From the NCBI GenBank assembly GCA_963817385.1, contig CAWFOM010000008.1, positions 37,358 to 101,357 on the forward strand: a stretch of DNA of 64,000 nucleotides, given 5' to 3'. Positions 10,063 through 19,614 of this stretch are shown here, piece after piece. The notes under the pieces are model-generated. The model was not told where the DNA came from and searched no databases. It was given only the letters and a program-made list of their open reading frames with translations. The stretch is from an uncultured delta proteobacterium (GTDB lineage: Bacteria > Desulfobacterota > Syntrophia > Syntrophales > UBA5619). Position 1 is the first letter of the stretch. Every line of letters begins with the position of its first letter. A program made the position numbers and the translations under genes.

Positions 10063-11549
10063 CGTTCCATCTCCAGGATATCCAGCTTCACGTTTCCGAC
10101 GAGCCCCACCAGATCTAGCTGACGGTCGGCCGCACCGCGGATGAAACGGACGTGCGTCACATCCGCCGGCATCTGTCCCAGTACGGCGTCGGCCGTCACC
10201 CAGCCGCCCCGGTCCCGAAGGTAGAGGACATTCCAGGCGTGATAAAAGAAACGGCCGCGCAGATACACCAGCCCCGCCTCCACCTCGGCCGGGAGCCCGG
10301 CGGCCCGCGCGAGCGCTGCCAGGAGGACGGCGTGCTCGTTGCAGTCCCCGACCCGATTTTCCAGCGTCTCCAGGGCGTTCGGGACCGAAAGAACGGGCCT
10401 CTTCTCCAGATTCTTGTGGACCCAGGCTACCAGTTTTTCCCCCTTTACCCCGTCCGGATCGGCAGGACTGATGATTTCGGCCAATTTCTGCCGGATCTTC
10501 GGGTGATCCGATTGAATGAAGGGGGTGGCATTGAGAAACACCGAGAGATCTCCGGCGGTGGCACCAGAACCGACGGACGGGTCGAGAGGTGATTCGCGCC
10601 GGATCGTCAACACACCATCCCGATAGACCTGACGGCCGCCGTCGAGAAAGAAAGAGCCCTCCGGAAGACTCTCCAGGCGGATCTTCAGGAGCTTCAGGGC
10701 CGCGGCATCCTCGATAGGTATCGGCGAGGGAATGGCGGCGATCTCCGTCAGATCCGCGCTGACAGCGCCTTCAAGCCCCGCCAGCGCCTCATCCCTCGTG
10801 ACCTGCTCCAGGGCGATCCCCAGGATCCCCTCTTCCCGGAGTACCGAGCCGTCCGGGTCGACCCAGGCAACCTGCTTCATCCCCATGAAATCCACCGACA
10901 CTTTTCTGGCCCGTCGGCTTTTCCCCATGATCGTCAGGGACTCTTCCCCGAGGAAGCTTACCCGCGCCGACCTCTGTCCCAGCGAGGCCGGATCGAAAAC
11001 CGGAAACGTCCTTACTTCCCCCGGCCGGAGCCCCGCCGCCCCTACTGACTCCAGAATGCCCCCGCCCAGATAGGTCGGCTCCGGAATGGCGATGACGCTG
11101 ATCTTTTCCTCGCCCGGTCCACCGACGCGAACGGTTAGCTTCTTTCCTGCAATAGTTCCCCGGACTGTGAACTTGAAAAGGTTCGAACCAAGATCGAATT
11201 GAAAGCTGGAGAGAGTCCGGTCGGGCTTCAGCTCCGCAGCCGTCCGGAGAGTCAAGGGCTGGACAATCCCCATTGTATTGATCCGCATGAAGATATTCTC
11301 GGAAAAGCTGAATCCGTCTTCTGTTTTGGCGTACCTTCGCTCAGCGTAGCCGATCTTCCGGCCGCCCTGGGTGATATTCATCCAGACGCCTCCGACGGGA
11401 ACGCCCGCATGAATCGGGGCAAACGTCTCCCCTCCCCCGGAAAGAAGTTTCTCCGGAATGCCAAGGCGAACAATCAAAAGCACACAGAAGAGGAGAATCG
11501 CTCCCCCTCCGGCCGCATACAATTGCCATTTACCGCCCGTGTTAGTCAT
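10059..11549 (-). CDS. membrane-anchored transglutaminase-like domain protein
   Basis: N-terminal TM; GDCNEHA, YHAWN and TAD catalytic triad motifs. Confidence 0.85.
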   Translation of the reverse strand: MTNTGGKWQLYAAGGGAILLFCVLLIVRLGIPEKLLSGGGETFAPIHAGVPVGGVWMNITQGGRKIGYAERRYAKTEDGFSFSENIFMRINTMGIVQPLTLRTAAELKPDRTLSSFQFDLGSNLFKFTVRGTIAGKKLTVRVGGPGEEKISVIAIPEPTYLGGGILESVGAAGLRPGEVRTFPVFDPASLGQRSARVSFLGEESLTIMGKSRRARKVSVDFMGMKQVAWVDPDGSVLREEGILGIALEQVTRDEALAGLEGAVSADLTEIAAIPSPIPIEDAAALKLLKIRLESLPEGSFFLDGGRQVYRDGVLTIRRESPLDPSVGSGATAGDLSVFLNATPFIQSDHPKIRQKLAEIISPADPDGVKGEKLVAWVHKNLEKRPVLSVPNALETLENRVGDCNEHAVLLAALARAAGLPAEVEAGLVYLRGRFFYHAWNVLYLRDRGGWVTADAVLGQMPADVTHVRFIRGAADRQLDLVGLVGNVKLDILEMER

Positions 11550-11885
11550 ACTCTGTTATGCCAGTGATCGATGATAAATCGGCGATCCACCTTTGACAAT
11601 CCCATAACGGGTAACTTTCCTGTCGGGAGGAATCATACAAAATTTCCCCGTCCGGTGTAAGTGGTCATTTAGGTTACTGCTCCCTTTATCACCATCACCG
11701 ACCCTCACCGATCGAAGGAACGGGAGCACGGCGATTATAGGGAATGGGATCAGGGGTGTCAATGCCGATGCCGCAGAAAATGCGTCTTGTCAGGGTGGCC
11801 GATTTCTGATAGCGTTTCCCGCACAAAGGGATTCTCATCTTCCGGTGACAACCGTGACGATGATGATCGCGGGAAAGGATATTTT

Positions 11886-12878
11886 GTGGAAGAAGACCGT
11901 TCCATACAACAGGCAAAGGAAGTGCTCCGGATCGAAGCGGAAAGCATCTTCAATCTCATTGAGCGGGTGGGAGAGTCTTTCGCCCGTGCCGTCGAATTGA
12001 TCTACCACTGCAAGGGCCGGGTCATCATCGCCGGGATCGGCAAATCGGGCCTGATCGGGAGAAAGATTGTGGCCACGCTCACCAGCACCGGCACGCAGGC
12101 ACTCTTCCTCCACCCGGTGGAAGGCCTCCACGGCGATCTGGGGATCGTCACGAAGGAGGATGTCCTCCTGGCCATCTCGCACAGCGGGGAGACCACCGAG
12201 CTCAACATGATCATCGACAGCATCCGCGACATCGGCGTATCCCGCATCGCCTTCACGGGAAACCTCACTTCCACCCTGGCCCAGGCCTGCGACGTGGTCA
12301 TCGACGTGGGCGTGGCAAAGGAGGCCTGTCCCTTCGGCCTCGCCCCGACGTCGAGCTCCACCGCCGCCCTCGCCATGGGGGACGCCCTGGCCGTTGCCCT
12401 GATTCAGCGGAGGAATTTTCAGGAAGAGGACTTCTTCAAATTTCACCCCGGCGGAAATCTCGGTTCGCGGCTCCGGGCCAAGGTCCGGGACGTCATGATC
12501 AGCGGCGCGCAGATCCCTCGCGTCGGGGGCGATGTCTCGGTTCTGGAGGCGATCCGGGAAATGGATGAAAAGAACAAGGGGTTCGTCCTCGTCACGGACG
12601 GCGATGACACCCTCGTCGGCATCCTGACTGACGGCGATATCAGGCGTCTCGTCCGCACGGGGGGTGATTTCCGGAATGAACGGATCAGTGCCTTCATGAC
12701 CCGCACCCCCAAGACCATCCGGGAAACCATCTCCGTCGCACGGGCCGTCGAACAGATGCAGCGCGATGAGATCACGACCCTCGTCGTGACCGATGCGGCC
12801 AACCGCCTCAAGGGATACATCCACCTCCACGACATCCTCGGCCGCGGCGGCACCCTGAAAATCACCCTCTCCGAATAA
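11886..12878 (+). CDS. kdsD: D-arabinose 5-phosphate isomerase (KpsF/GutQ; SIS + CBS)
   Basis: GIGKSG, HGDLG, EACPFGLAPTSS, HPGG, TDGD; GTG start after AAGGA. Confidence 0.9.
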   Translation: MEEDRSIQQAKEVLRIEAESIFNLIERVGESFARAVELIYHCKGRVIIAGIGKSGLIGRKIVATLTSTGTQALFLHPVEGLHGDLGIVTKEDVLLAISHSGETTELNMIIDSIRDIGVSRIAFTGNLTSTLAQACDVVIDVGVAKEACPFGLAPTSSSTAALAMGDALAVALIQRRNFQEEDFFKFHPGGNLGSRLRAKVRDVMISGAQIPRVGGDVSVLEAIREMDEKNKGFVLVTDGDDTLVGILTDGDIRRLVRTGGDFRNERISAFMTRTPKTIRETISVARAVEQMQRDEITTLVVTDAANRLKGYIHLHDILGRGGTLKITLSE

Positions 12879-13194
12879 GCGTTTCAGAGACCGTCCTTTT
12901 TCGGAAGCTTTTCGCCGGAGCCTCTTTGGCTTATTTTCCAGCCCCATAATCTCCTTGACAAACAAGGCCCGCCTTCATATCCTCCTCTCATGGGAAAACA
13001 TGTGCACCGTATATTACACAAATAGAGCCGACTGCTTCGCGAACTACACACTATAAATTCATCGAAGGATGGGATTTATGAAAGGGTCCCATGACAGCGG
13101 GCGTAACGCCATATACGAGTGTGCCGGATTTCTTGAGGGACTTCGGAAGCGAATAGTTATTGCGATGGGGCTTTTAAACCCAAGGGATTTAATT

Positions 13195-13266
13195 CCCCGT
13201 TGCTTGCGACGCATACTTTATGCGTACACAAATACTACCCCGTTCGCTTGCGACGGGATAGTTTAT
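13195..13266. repeat. tandem palindromes resembling IS200/IS605-type end hairpins (PATE-like remnant)
   Basis: CCCCGTTGCTTGCGACG and CCCCGTTCGCTTGCGACGGGATAGTTTAT, separated by a small hairpin. Confidence 0.45.
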
Positions 13267-13309
13267 AGACAAGTGTCCAGCCCTTCTTTTTGTGGCGCGG
13301 TGTTCTGAA

Positions 13310-14227
13310 ATGAGAAACTGGATCTTATTCATCGTGGCAGTATTCAATATTGTGATGATACCTCAGGGAGTGGAAGGGGAAGAAAAAGAGAAAATAACCC
13401 TGGGGATTGCTTGGCCTGTGGCCGCAGAAGGCTGGAAATGGGACGGAAAGGAAGAAATTTATGAATCTCGGGCCATCTTCGATTATATTGATGGTGCCGG
13501 GGAAGTTTATCTTGCCTATAATTTCAAGAATCTGATTGTTCGCCAGTTTGCAAAAACCGGATATCCCCACATCATTGTTGAATTGTATGACATGGGCTCC
13601 TCGAACGACGCCTATGGAATCTTCTCCTTGGAACGCCAGGACGAAGAAGCCGGAATCGGTCAAGGGTCGGAGTTAGGGGGAGGGCTCTTGCGATTCTGGA
13701 AGGGGAAATTCTTTGTCAGCGTCTATGCGGACGGGGAAAGTCCGGAAGTGGGACCGGCCATTCTCAGCCTGGGACGGGCAATTGCCGATGCCATCCCGTC
13801 GACAGGCCAGGCGCCGAAATTGATCACTGCCCTGCCTGACGGGAAGACGGGACTTGTGGAAAAGAGCATTCGCTATCTTCACAGCCACATCCTCCTGAAC
13901 CAGCGGTTTTTCATAGCAACCCGGAACATCCTCAACCTGAATCCCAATACCGAGGTTATCCTCGCCCAATACCTGCGCGCGGGGAAAAAAGTTCATCTGC
14001 TTTTGGTGCGGTATCCGGACGGGAAAGAGGCCGAAGCGGCATTGCTGAGTTTCAAGCGGGCCTATATGCCCGAGGCCCCCGGAAAGGGCCTGCTCCAAAC
14101 GGAAGACAAGAAATGGACCGCAGCCAAACGGGTAAATGAATTCGTCCTGATCGTTTTCGGCGCGTCCGGCCAGCGGGAGGGGGAAGAATTGATCAGGGGA
14201 ACCGAAAAAAAGATCGGGGAGATATGA
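13310..14227 (+). CDS. exported hypothetical protein (DUF6599-like)
   Basis: Signal peptide; FDYIDGAGEVYLAYNF, ELYDMGSSNDAYGIFS, FWKGKFFV. Confidence 0.65.
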   Translation: MRNWILFIVAVFNIVMIPQGVEGEEKEKITLGIAWPVAAEGWKWDGKEEIYESRAIFDYIDGAGEVYLAYNFKNLIVRQFAKTGYPHIIVELYDMGSSNDAYGIFSLERQDEEAGIGQGSELGGGLLRFWKGKFFVSVYADGESPEVGPAILSLGRAIADAIPSTGQAPKLITALPDGKTGLVEKSIRYLHSHILLNQRFFIATRNILNLNPNTEVILAQYLRAGKKVHLLLVRYPDGKEAEAALLSFKRAYMPEAPGKGLLQTEDKKWTAAKRVNEFVLIVFGASGQREGEELIRGTEKKIGEI

Positions 14228-15126
14228 GTATGGCCGAAGAGAAAGGGATTACCCGCAGAGATTTTCTCCGGGGAACGGCAGGGGTGGCGCTGGCCGCGTC
14301 CTTGGCACCGGAGCTTTGGAAAGAGGCGGCATATGCCACCGAGGCAAAAACCAGGGTCATCCTCATACGCCATCCGGAGGCTGTCTCCGTTGAGGGGAAA
14401 ATCCAGGGAGAAATCGTGCAATCCATGGTGGATGATGCGCTGAAAGTCCTTCTTGCGGAAAAGGAACCCCTGCCGGCCTGGCGGCGGCTCTTCAATTCCT
14501 CGGATGTGGTGGGGATCAAGAGCAACAGCTGGAGGGATTTGCCGACGCCGAAAGAGCTGGAAGCCGCCATCCGGCGGCGACTGATGGACTCGGGCGTATC
14601 AGAAAAAAATATCAGCATCGATGACCGCGGTGTCCGGAACAACCCGATATTCCAGAACTCCACCGCGCTCGTCAACGTGCGGCCCGTACGGACGCATCAC
14701 TGGGCCGGGATCGGGAGCTGCATCAAAAATTATATCCAGTTCGTCCCCCGGCCCTCGGAATACCATGAGGATGCCTGCGCGAATCTGGCCAAGATTTGGG
14801 ATCTGCCGGTCGTAAAGGGAAAAACCCGTCTGAACATTCTTTGCGCACTCCAACCTCAGTTCTATGGAAGAGGAGCAAGTTTTTTTGACCGTCGCTACGT
14901 CTGGCCTTACAAAGGGCTCCTTTTGGGAACCGATCCTGTAGCTGTGGATGCGGTAGGCGCTCATCTGCTGCAGAAGAAACGAATCGCATATTTCGGCGAA
15001 GAGCGTGAACTCGACGTCCTTCCCACGCACATTAACGTTGCTGATAAAAAATATCACTTGGGCGTCAGCAATCTGAACCGCATAGAGCTGGTCAGGCTCG
15101 GTTGGATGGAAGATGTGCTGATTTGA
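14224..15126 (+). CDS. Tat-exported DUF362 domain protein
   Basis: TRRDFL twin-arginine motif; VVGIKSN, GIGSCIKN, GTDPVAVD. Confidence 0.75.
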   Translation: MSMAEEKGITRRDFLRGTAGVALAASLAPELWKEAAYATEAKTRVILIRHPEAVSVEGKIQGEIVQSMVDDALKVLLAEKEPLPAWRRLFNSSDVVGIKSNSWRDLPTPKELEAAIRRRLMDSGVSEKNISIDDRGVRNNPIFQNSTALVNVRPVRTHHWAGIGSCIKNYIQFVPRPSEYHEDACANLAKIWDLPVVKGKTRLNILCALQPQFYGRGASFFDRRYVWPYKGLLLGTDPVAVDAVGAHLLQKKRIAYFGEERELDVLPTHINVADKKYHLGVSNLNRIELVRLGWMEDVLI

Positions 15127-15332
15127 TCTATTGTTGGTAGCACCTGATTCATCCATTGCCTTACATAGCGTTACGTAAGTAAATCATGTATATCCCCCCT
15201 CACGCATCGGGGAATTTGAAGGAGAGAAAGAAGAGAATTTTGATCAAGATCATCGGGGAATGATTTTAGTGATGCACGATAATAAATCCTGTCTTTCTCC
15301 TGCGGAGAATCCCTGCTACTGAATCATTCCTG

Positions 15333-15524
15333 TCAAGACGATGAAGATGCAGAGGGTTCCATTTGATTCGCTGGCAAGACTCCCCGTTGAGGGATTTTCA
15401 GATGAACATTTATTTGTTCCGGGTTTTGATATGGCTTTGGCGTCTCCTTCTTGCTGATGCTACAGAGGCAGAGGATGAAGAAAACTATTATTGAGCAACT
15501 TGTAAACAGGATTCCCATTAACAT
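15333..15524 (-). CDS. small single-TM hypothetical protein (~63 aa)
   Basis: MLMGILFTSCSIIVFFILCLCSISKKETPKP; AAGGGG RBS; sigma54-like motif upstream. Confidence 0.4.
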   Translation of the reverse strand: MLMGILFTSCSIIVFFILCLCSISKKETPKPYQNPEQINVHLKIPQRGVLPANQMEPSASSSS

Positions 15525-15571
15525 ACAGTTAATTTCCCCTTTCATTCATTAAATAGAGACAATATGTAAGC

Positions 15572-15588
15572 AGCATATGACGTGCCAA
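15572..15588 (-). promoter_or_regulatory. sigma54 (-24/-12)-like promoter
   Basis: TTGGCAC-GTCAT-ATGCT versus consensus TGGCAC-N5-TTGCW. Confidence 0.5.
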
Positions 15589-16020
15589 GTTTTCATGAGA
15601 TATCTAATGCATTAATGTTAGTATGTTTATTTATAATTGCTGAAATTCCCCAGTTATTTTCATTTATTTTTTGAATGGATTTCGCTTCAGGTCAGGAAAA
15701 AATGTGCATGTTATTCCCTTCATTATTACTCATGCGCTACAAAATCGTTCAGATGTGGTAATTGATTAACGTGCTTCCCTTGGTCGGATAAAGGGTGCGG
15801 TGAATGCGGCAAAGAGATAAGCACGAGCGCACGGAGATGTCCTAACTGTGGGAAATATCAATGGACTGGCGGGCGATTGGGATGCGCTATTATCGTTTTA
15901 ATCTTTTTCGGGATCTTTATGTTCGGATATTGTTCACGATAAAGGCCAGGTGGTTGGGGGCGATTATCCTGCGTTAAAAAACGGGACTGGGGCGGGATAG
16001 AACGCCCCCCTGTAAATGAG

Positions 16021-16052
16021 CAGGGGGTTAAGCATTGACGCCTAACCCCCTG
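16021..16052 (-). terminator. hairpin downstream of tRNA cluster
   Basis: CAGGGGGTTA...TAACCCCCTG. Confidence 0.5.
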
Positions 16053-16060
16053 ATTTTACT

Positions 16061-16136
16061 TGGTGAGCCCTGTCGGGATCGAACCGACAACCTACTGATT
16101 AAGAGTCAGTTGCTCTACCAGCTGAGCTAAGGGCCC
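16061..16136 (-). tRNA. tRNA-Lys(CTT)
   Basis: GGGCCCTTAGCTCAG...CT-CTT-AA...GTTCGATCC...ACCA cloverleaf. Confidence 0.95.
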
Positions 16137-16170
16137 ACATGCGGTCGTTTTGTTATCTGCACCCAAAATA

Positions 16171-16247
16171 TGGCGCGCCCGGTAGGATTCGAACCTACGA
16201 CCAACAGATTCGAAGTCTGCGACTCTATCCAGCTGAGCTACGGGCGC
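16171..16247 (-). tRNA. tRNA-Arg(TCG)
   Basis: GCGCCCGTAGCTCAGCTGGATAGAG...CT-TCG-AA...GCCA. Confidence 0.95.
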
Positions 16248-16281
16248 TTCATCCTTTTCCTTCACTGGCTTGATGCAATGT

Positions 16282-16359
16282 TGGGGTGAGTGAAGGGACT
16301 TGAACCCTCAGCCTCCGGGGCCACAACCCGGCACTCTAACCATTTGAGCTACACCCACC
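16282..16359 (-). tRNA. tRNA-His(GTG)
   Basis: Encoded G-1, anticodon loop TT-GTG-GC, 3' end CCCCA. Confidence 0.95.
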
Positions 16360-16368
16360 ATCCATGCC

Positions 16369-16445
<77 letters not shown>

Positions 16446-16492
16446 TTATCCTCGTGACGCGCTGTGTTCAGTTTCTCTGTAAAAGAAGGCGG

Positions 16493-16521
16493 TTTATATC
16501 CCCTTTGCCTTTGTTTGTCAA
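16493..16521 (-). promoter_or_regulatory. sigma70 promoter of tRNA operon
   Basis: TTGACA-N17-TATAAA. Confidence 0.7.
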
Positions 16522-16553
16522 GTTCTGAATGCATGACGTATTTCAACGGCCGA

Positions 16554-18251
16554 TTAGCGGACAAAACCCGAGATTCCATCAAAACGGTACCCTTTTTTCC
16601 CCATCCCCTCCCCGGCCTGATTCGTCGTGTAGAAATGGCATCCCGTAGCGGGATTGTGCCAGCGATACAAATCCCTTGTCCCTGTCAGGCGGGAAGTAGC
16701 GATATTGCCGATTGACCCTTCGAAGAGATATCCCTGGAGAGGCTTCCCTCCTCCGGCAGGATCCGAGGAGTAGAAGTGATCCCCTTTGACCGGGTTAAAC
16801 CAGCGGAAAAAATCGGTTGTTCCGGGCGTCCCGGGGCTGAAAAGCCTGAAGGCTATCCCGAGGCTGCGATATCCTTTCACCTGCAGGCGGGACAACTCCG
16901 CCTGGGGATTCGTCGTATAAAGGTAGTCGGATCCGACAACATAGCGGTAGACGTCGAGGAGATGGGACTGCGTCTCCGCCGCCACTTGTAAGAACACCTC
17001 CACACCGGCATCGCCGCCGTTCGAGGTGAAGAAGACATACTCGCCGTAAAGGCCGGGCATAAGCTGGTTTGTATTGAGTGAGATATTGACATAATCGGTC
17101 TCCCGGGTAGTCATGCCGCTGTCCGGAGAGACGCTTATCCAGCCTCGGGGCCCTTTCAAGACCGGTTTCCCGAAGATCCGAACCCCCTCCAGGACCACCC
17201 GCCCTCCCTCGCTGAGAACGGTAAGGAGATGGGGCATATCCGGCTGGTCTTCGGCAATGAGAATCTCCGCCCGCTCCCGACGCTCCGCAAAACCTTCGAT
17301 GAGGGTCACGAACTGTTCATCGAGGAAGACACTGAGAGGCGCGCCCTCGGGAGCCTTCCGGATCAAGAGGCTTACCCCCGTTCCCGTGAAACGGTATCGA
17401 AGGGCGCTCAGATCTGCCTGAGTGGCCGGATAGCCCCCCTCTTCTGCCCATGGTCCGGAGAGCTCCAGTCCCTCCCGGATCAGTGTCGCTTCGGGATAAC
17501 TGCCAGTGCCTCGGGCACCTTCATTCAAAAAGGAGACATACTTGCCCAGAGGTTTCAATGCCGTTACCGGCATCCCTTTCGCCCCGGGCAGACCGGCCCG
17601 CCACTTCAGGGTCTCCTTCCCCCTGTTTGTCACATGGACCCGCCGTGAGATCTGTTCACCAGGATGGACCACCCCTAAATCCATCCGGATTGGATCTACA
17701 TCCAGCAGAGCCGCGGACGCCAACTCGGAGAGGCGGACCTGGAAGAAGATCGTCCTTACCCCCGACGGGAAGGAAAACCGGACTGATTCCCGAAATACAC
17801 CGACAGCCGTCTCCCGACGGAAGGCGGCGTATTGGCCGCCTCCTTCGAGACGAAGCAGCAATGAACAGTTCTGTATCTTTCCCGGACCTCGTTCATTCAG
17901 AAAAGTGAGGCTGACCTTTACTGGCTCCGGATTCTCACCAACCGTTCCGGTGAGTTTCCTCTGTTCCGTCTGTGTCCACCCCTCCGGCCCCTCTGTGGAC
18001 CAGTTCACGCTCCCCGCACCCACATTTCTGAGATAAAAGACCCCTCTCGCCTCTTCACCCGGACCAATCGAGCCGAGGTCTATCTCCCGGGGTGTAACCG
18101 TCAATACCGGTTGAAGGACTCCGTTGCCCCGCCCCTGATAAATTCCCGCACCACCTTGCCCGTTCGTCTCTGCCCGGAGGGCGGTTACGCCGAAAAGGCA
18201 GTGCAACAAAATTGCCATAAATACCGTTTTTATCAGAAATCGTCTCACCAT
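16554..18251 (-). CDS. secreted multidomain protein: Ig/BACON-like repeats plus C-terminal DUF5648-like domain
   Basis: Signal peptide; LDLG..V.N.G..L.W repeats; WISVSPDSG; RWFNPVKGDHFYS and YRWHNPATGCHFYT. Confidence 0.65.
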   Translation of the reverse strand: MVRRFLIKTVFMAILLHCLFGVTALRAETNGQGGAGIYQGRGNGVLQPVLTVTPREIDLGSIGPGEEARGVFYLRNVGAGSVNWSTEGPEGWTQTEQRKLTGTVGENPEPVKVSLTFLNERGPGKIQNCSLLLRLEGGGQYAAFRRETAVGVFRESVRFSFPSGVRTIFFQVRLSELASAALLDVDPIRMDLGVVHPGEQISRRVHVTNRGKETLKWRAGLPGAKGMPVTALKPLGKYVSFLNEGARGTGSYPEATLIREGLELSGPWAEEGGYPATQADLSALRYRFTGTGVSLLIRKAPEGAPLSVFLDEQFVTLIEGFAERRERAEILIAEDQPDMPHLLTVLSEGGRVVLEGVRIFGKPVLKGPRGWISVSPDSGMTTRETDYVNISLNTNQLMPGLYGEYVFFTSNGGDAGVEVFLQVAAETQSHLLDVYRYVVGSDYLYTTNPQAELSRLQVKGYRSLGIAFRLFSPGTPGTTDFFRWFNPVKGDHFYSSDPAGGGKPLQGYLFEGSIGNIATSRLTGTRDLYRWHNPATGCHFYTTNQAGEGMGKKGYRFDGISGFVR

Positions 18252-18429
18252 AAGCACTCCGATTGCTCCATGAGCGGGTTTCTAACTCAAAGCCGCAAAG
18301 AACGCAACGGTTTTCCACGGTGAAAAGACTTGACACCCCTCGGATATCCGATATATCGTGCCACCTCTTTTTAATGATATTCATGCAAAATTAGTTATAG
18401 TATCACACGAGTAAAGGACCCGGACACAA

Positions 18430-19614
18430 ATGACGGATGAAGAAGCGCTGAAATACTGGATTGCCCTCAAGGCCGTTGAAGACGTGGGCTGTGTTGGTTT
18501 CAAAGCCCTCCTCACGGCTTTTCCGTCACCACGGGCAGTTTTTTCCGCGACTGCACGGACTCTCCAGGCCGTCCCGGGGATCGGCCCGAAAACGGCCGAT
18601 CACATCTGTTCCTTCTCGGACTGGGCAATGGCGGAAAAGGAGGTCTCTCAAGCTGCCAAACTCCGTGTCGCCATCGTAACCTGTGAGGATCCTCGGTATC
18701 CGCAAAATCTTCTCAACATCTACGACTATCCTCCCTTTCTCTACGTCAAAGGATCCCTCTCTCCGGCGGAAGTCAGCATCGCGATCGTCGGATCGCGGAT
18801 CGCCTCCACTTACGGCCGTTACGTCACTGAGAAGCTCAGTCGCGAGCTCGCCCTCACGGGGATCACCGTGATCAGCGGTCTCGCCCGGGGCATCGACGCC
18901 GCAGCCCACCGAGGGGCGCTTGCCGGTAAGGGGCGGACCATAGCGGTCCTCGGATGCGGACTCGACGTCGTCTATCCGCCCGAAAACCGGGAACTCGCCG
19001 AAGCGGTCGCGGCCAGCGGCGCCCTGGTCACCGAATTCCCGTTTCAAACTCCCCCCAATGCCCCCAACTTCCCCTCGCGAAACCGGATCATCAGCGGGAT
19101 TTCACTCGGGGTAGTCGTCGTCGAAGCCGGGGAAAAGAGCGGGTCGCTGATCACCGCGCGGATCGCCGCCGAACAGGGACGCTCCGTCTTCGCAGTCCCG
19201 GGTGCCATCGAGGCAGCCGGATCGCGGGGAACCAACCGCCTGATCAAACAGGGAGCAAAGCTGATCGAAAACGTCGAGGACATCCTCGAGGAGATCCTTC
19301 CCCAGGCCGGCCTGGCCCCGGCAATGCCCTCGACGCCGACGCCCCCCCCATCCACGGGGACGAGGCATACCCGGCAGGATAATGCCAAGAACAGCGCCGC
19401 TCCATCGTCCCCGGATCACCCCGGAGGGCTCACCGGTGCGGGGGGCGCCCTGCTTCCGCTGATCACGCAAAAGCCGGTCGCCGTCGACGAACTGATCGCC
19501 GCATCCGGCCTGACCGCGCAGGAGGTGCTGAACGGCTTGCTCGTCCTTGAACTCCAAGGTCTCATCCGGCAGTTGCCGGGTAAAATGTTCCAGTTGAAGG
19601 AGTCAGAAACTTGA
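18430..19614 (+). CDS. dprA: DNA-processing protein DprA
   Basis: AIVGSR, ISGLARGIDAAAH, FPSRNRIISG, SGSLITA. Confidence 0.95.
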   Translation: MTDEEALKYWIALKAVEDVGCVGFKALLTAFPSPRAVFSATARTLQAVPGIGPKTADHICSFSDWAMAEKEVSQAAKLRVAIVTCEDPRYPQNLLNIYDYPPFLYVKGSLSPAEVSIAIVGSRIASTYGRYVTEKLSRELALTGITVISGLARGIDAAAHRGALAGKGRTIAVLGCGLDVVYPPENRELAEAVAASGALVTEFPFQTPPNAPNFPSRNRIISGISLGVVVVEAGEKSGSLITARIAAEQGRSVFAVPGAIEAAGSRGTNRLIKQGAKLIENVEDILEEILPQAGLAPAMPSTPTPPPSTGTRHTRQDNAKNSAAPSSPDHPGGLTGAGGALLPLITQKPVAVDELIAASGLTAQEVLNGLLVLELQGLIRQLPGKMFQLKESET

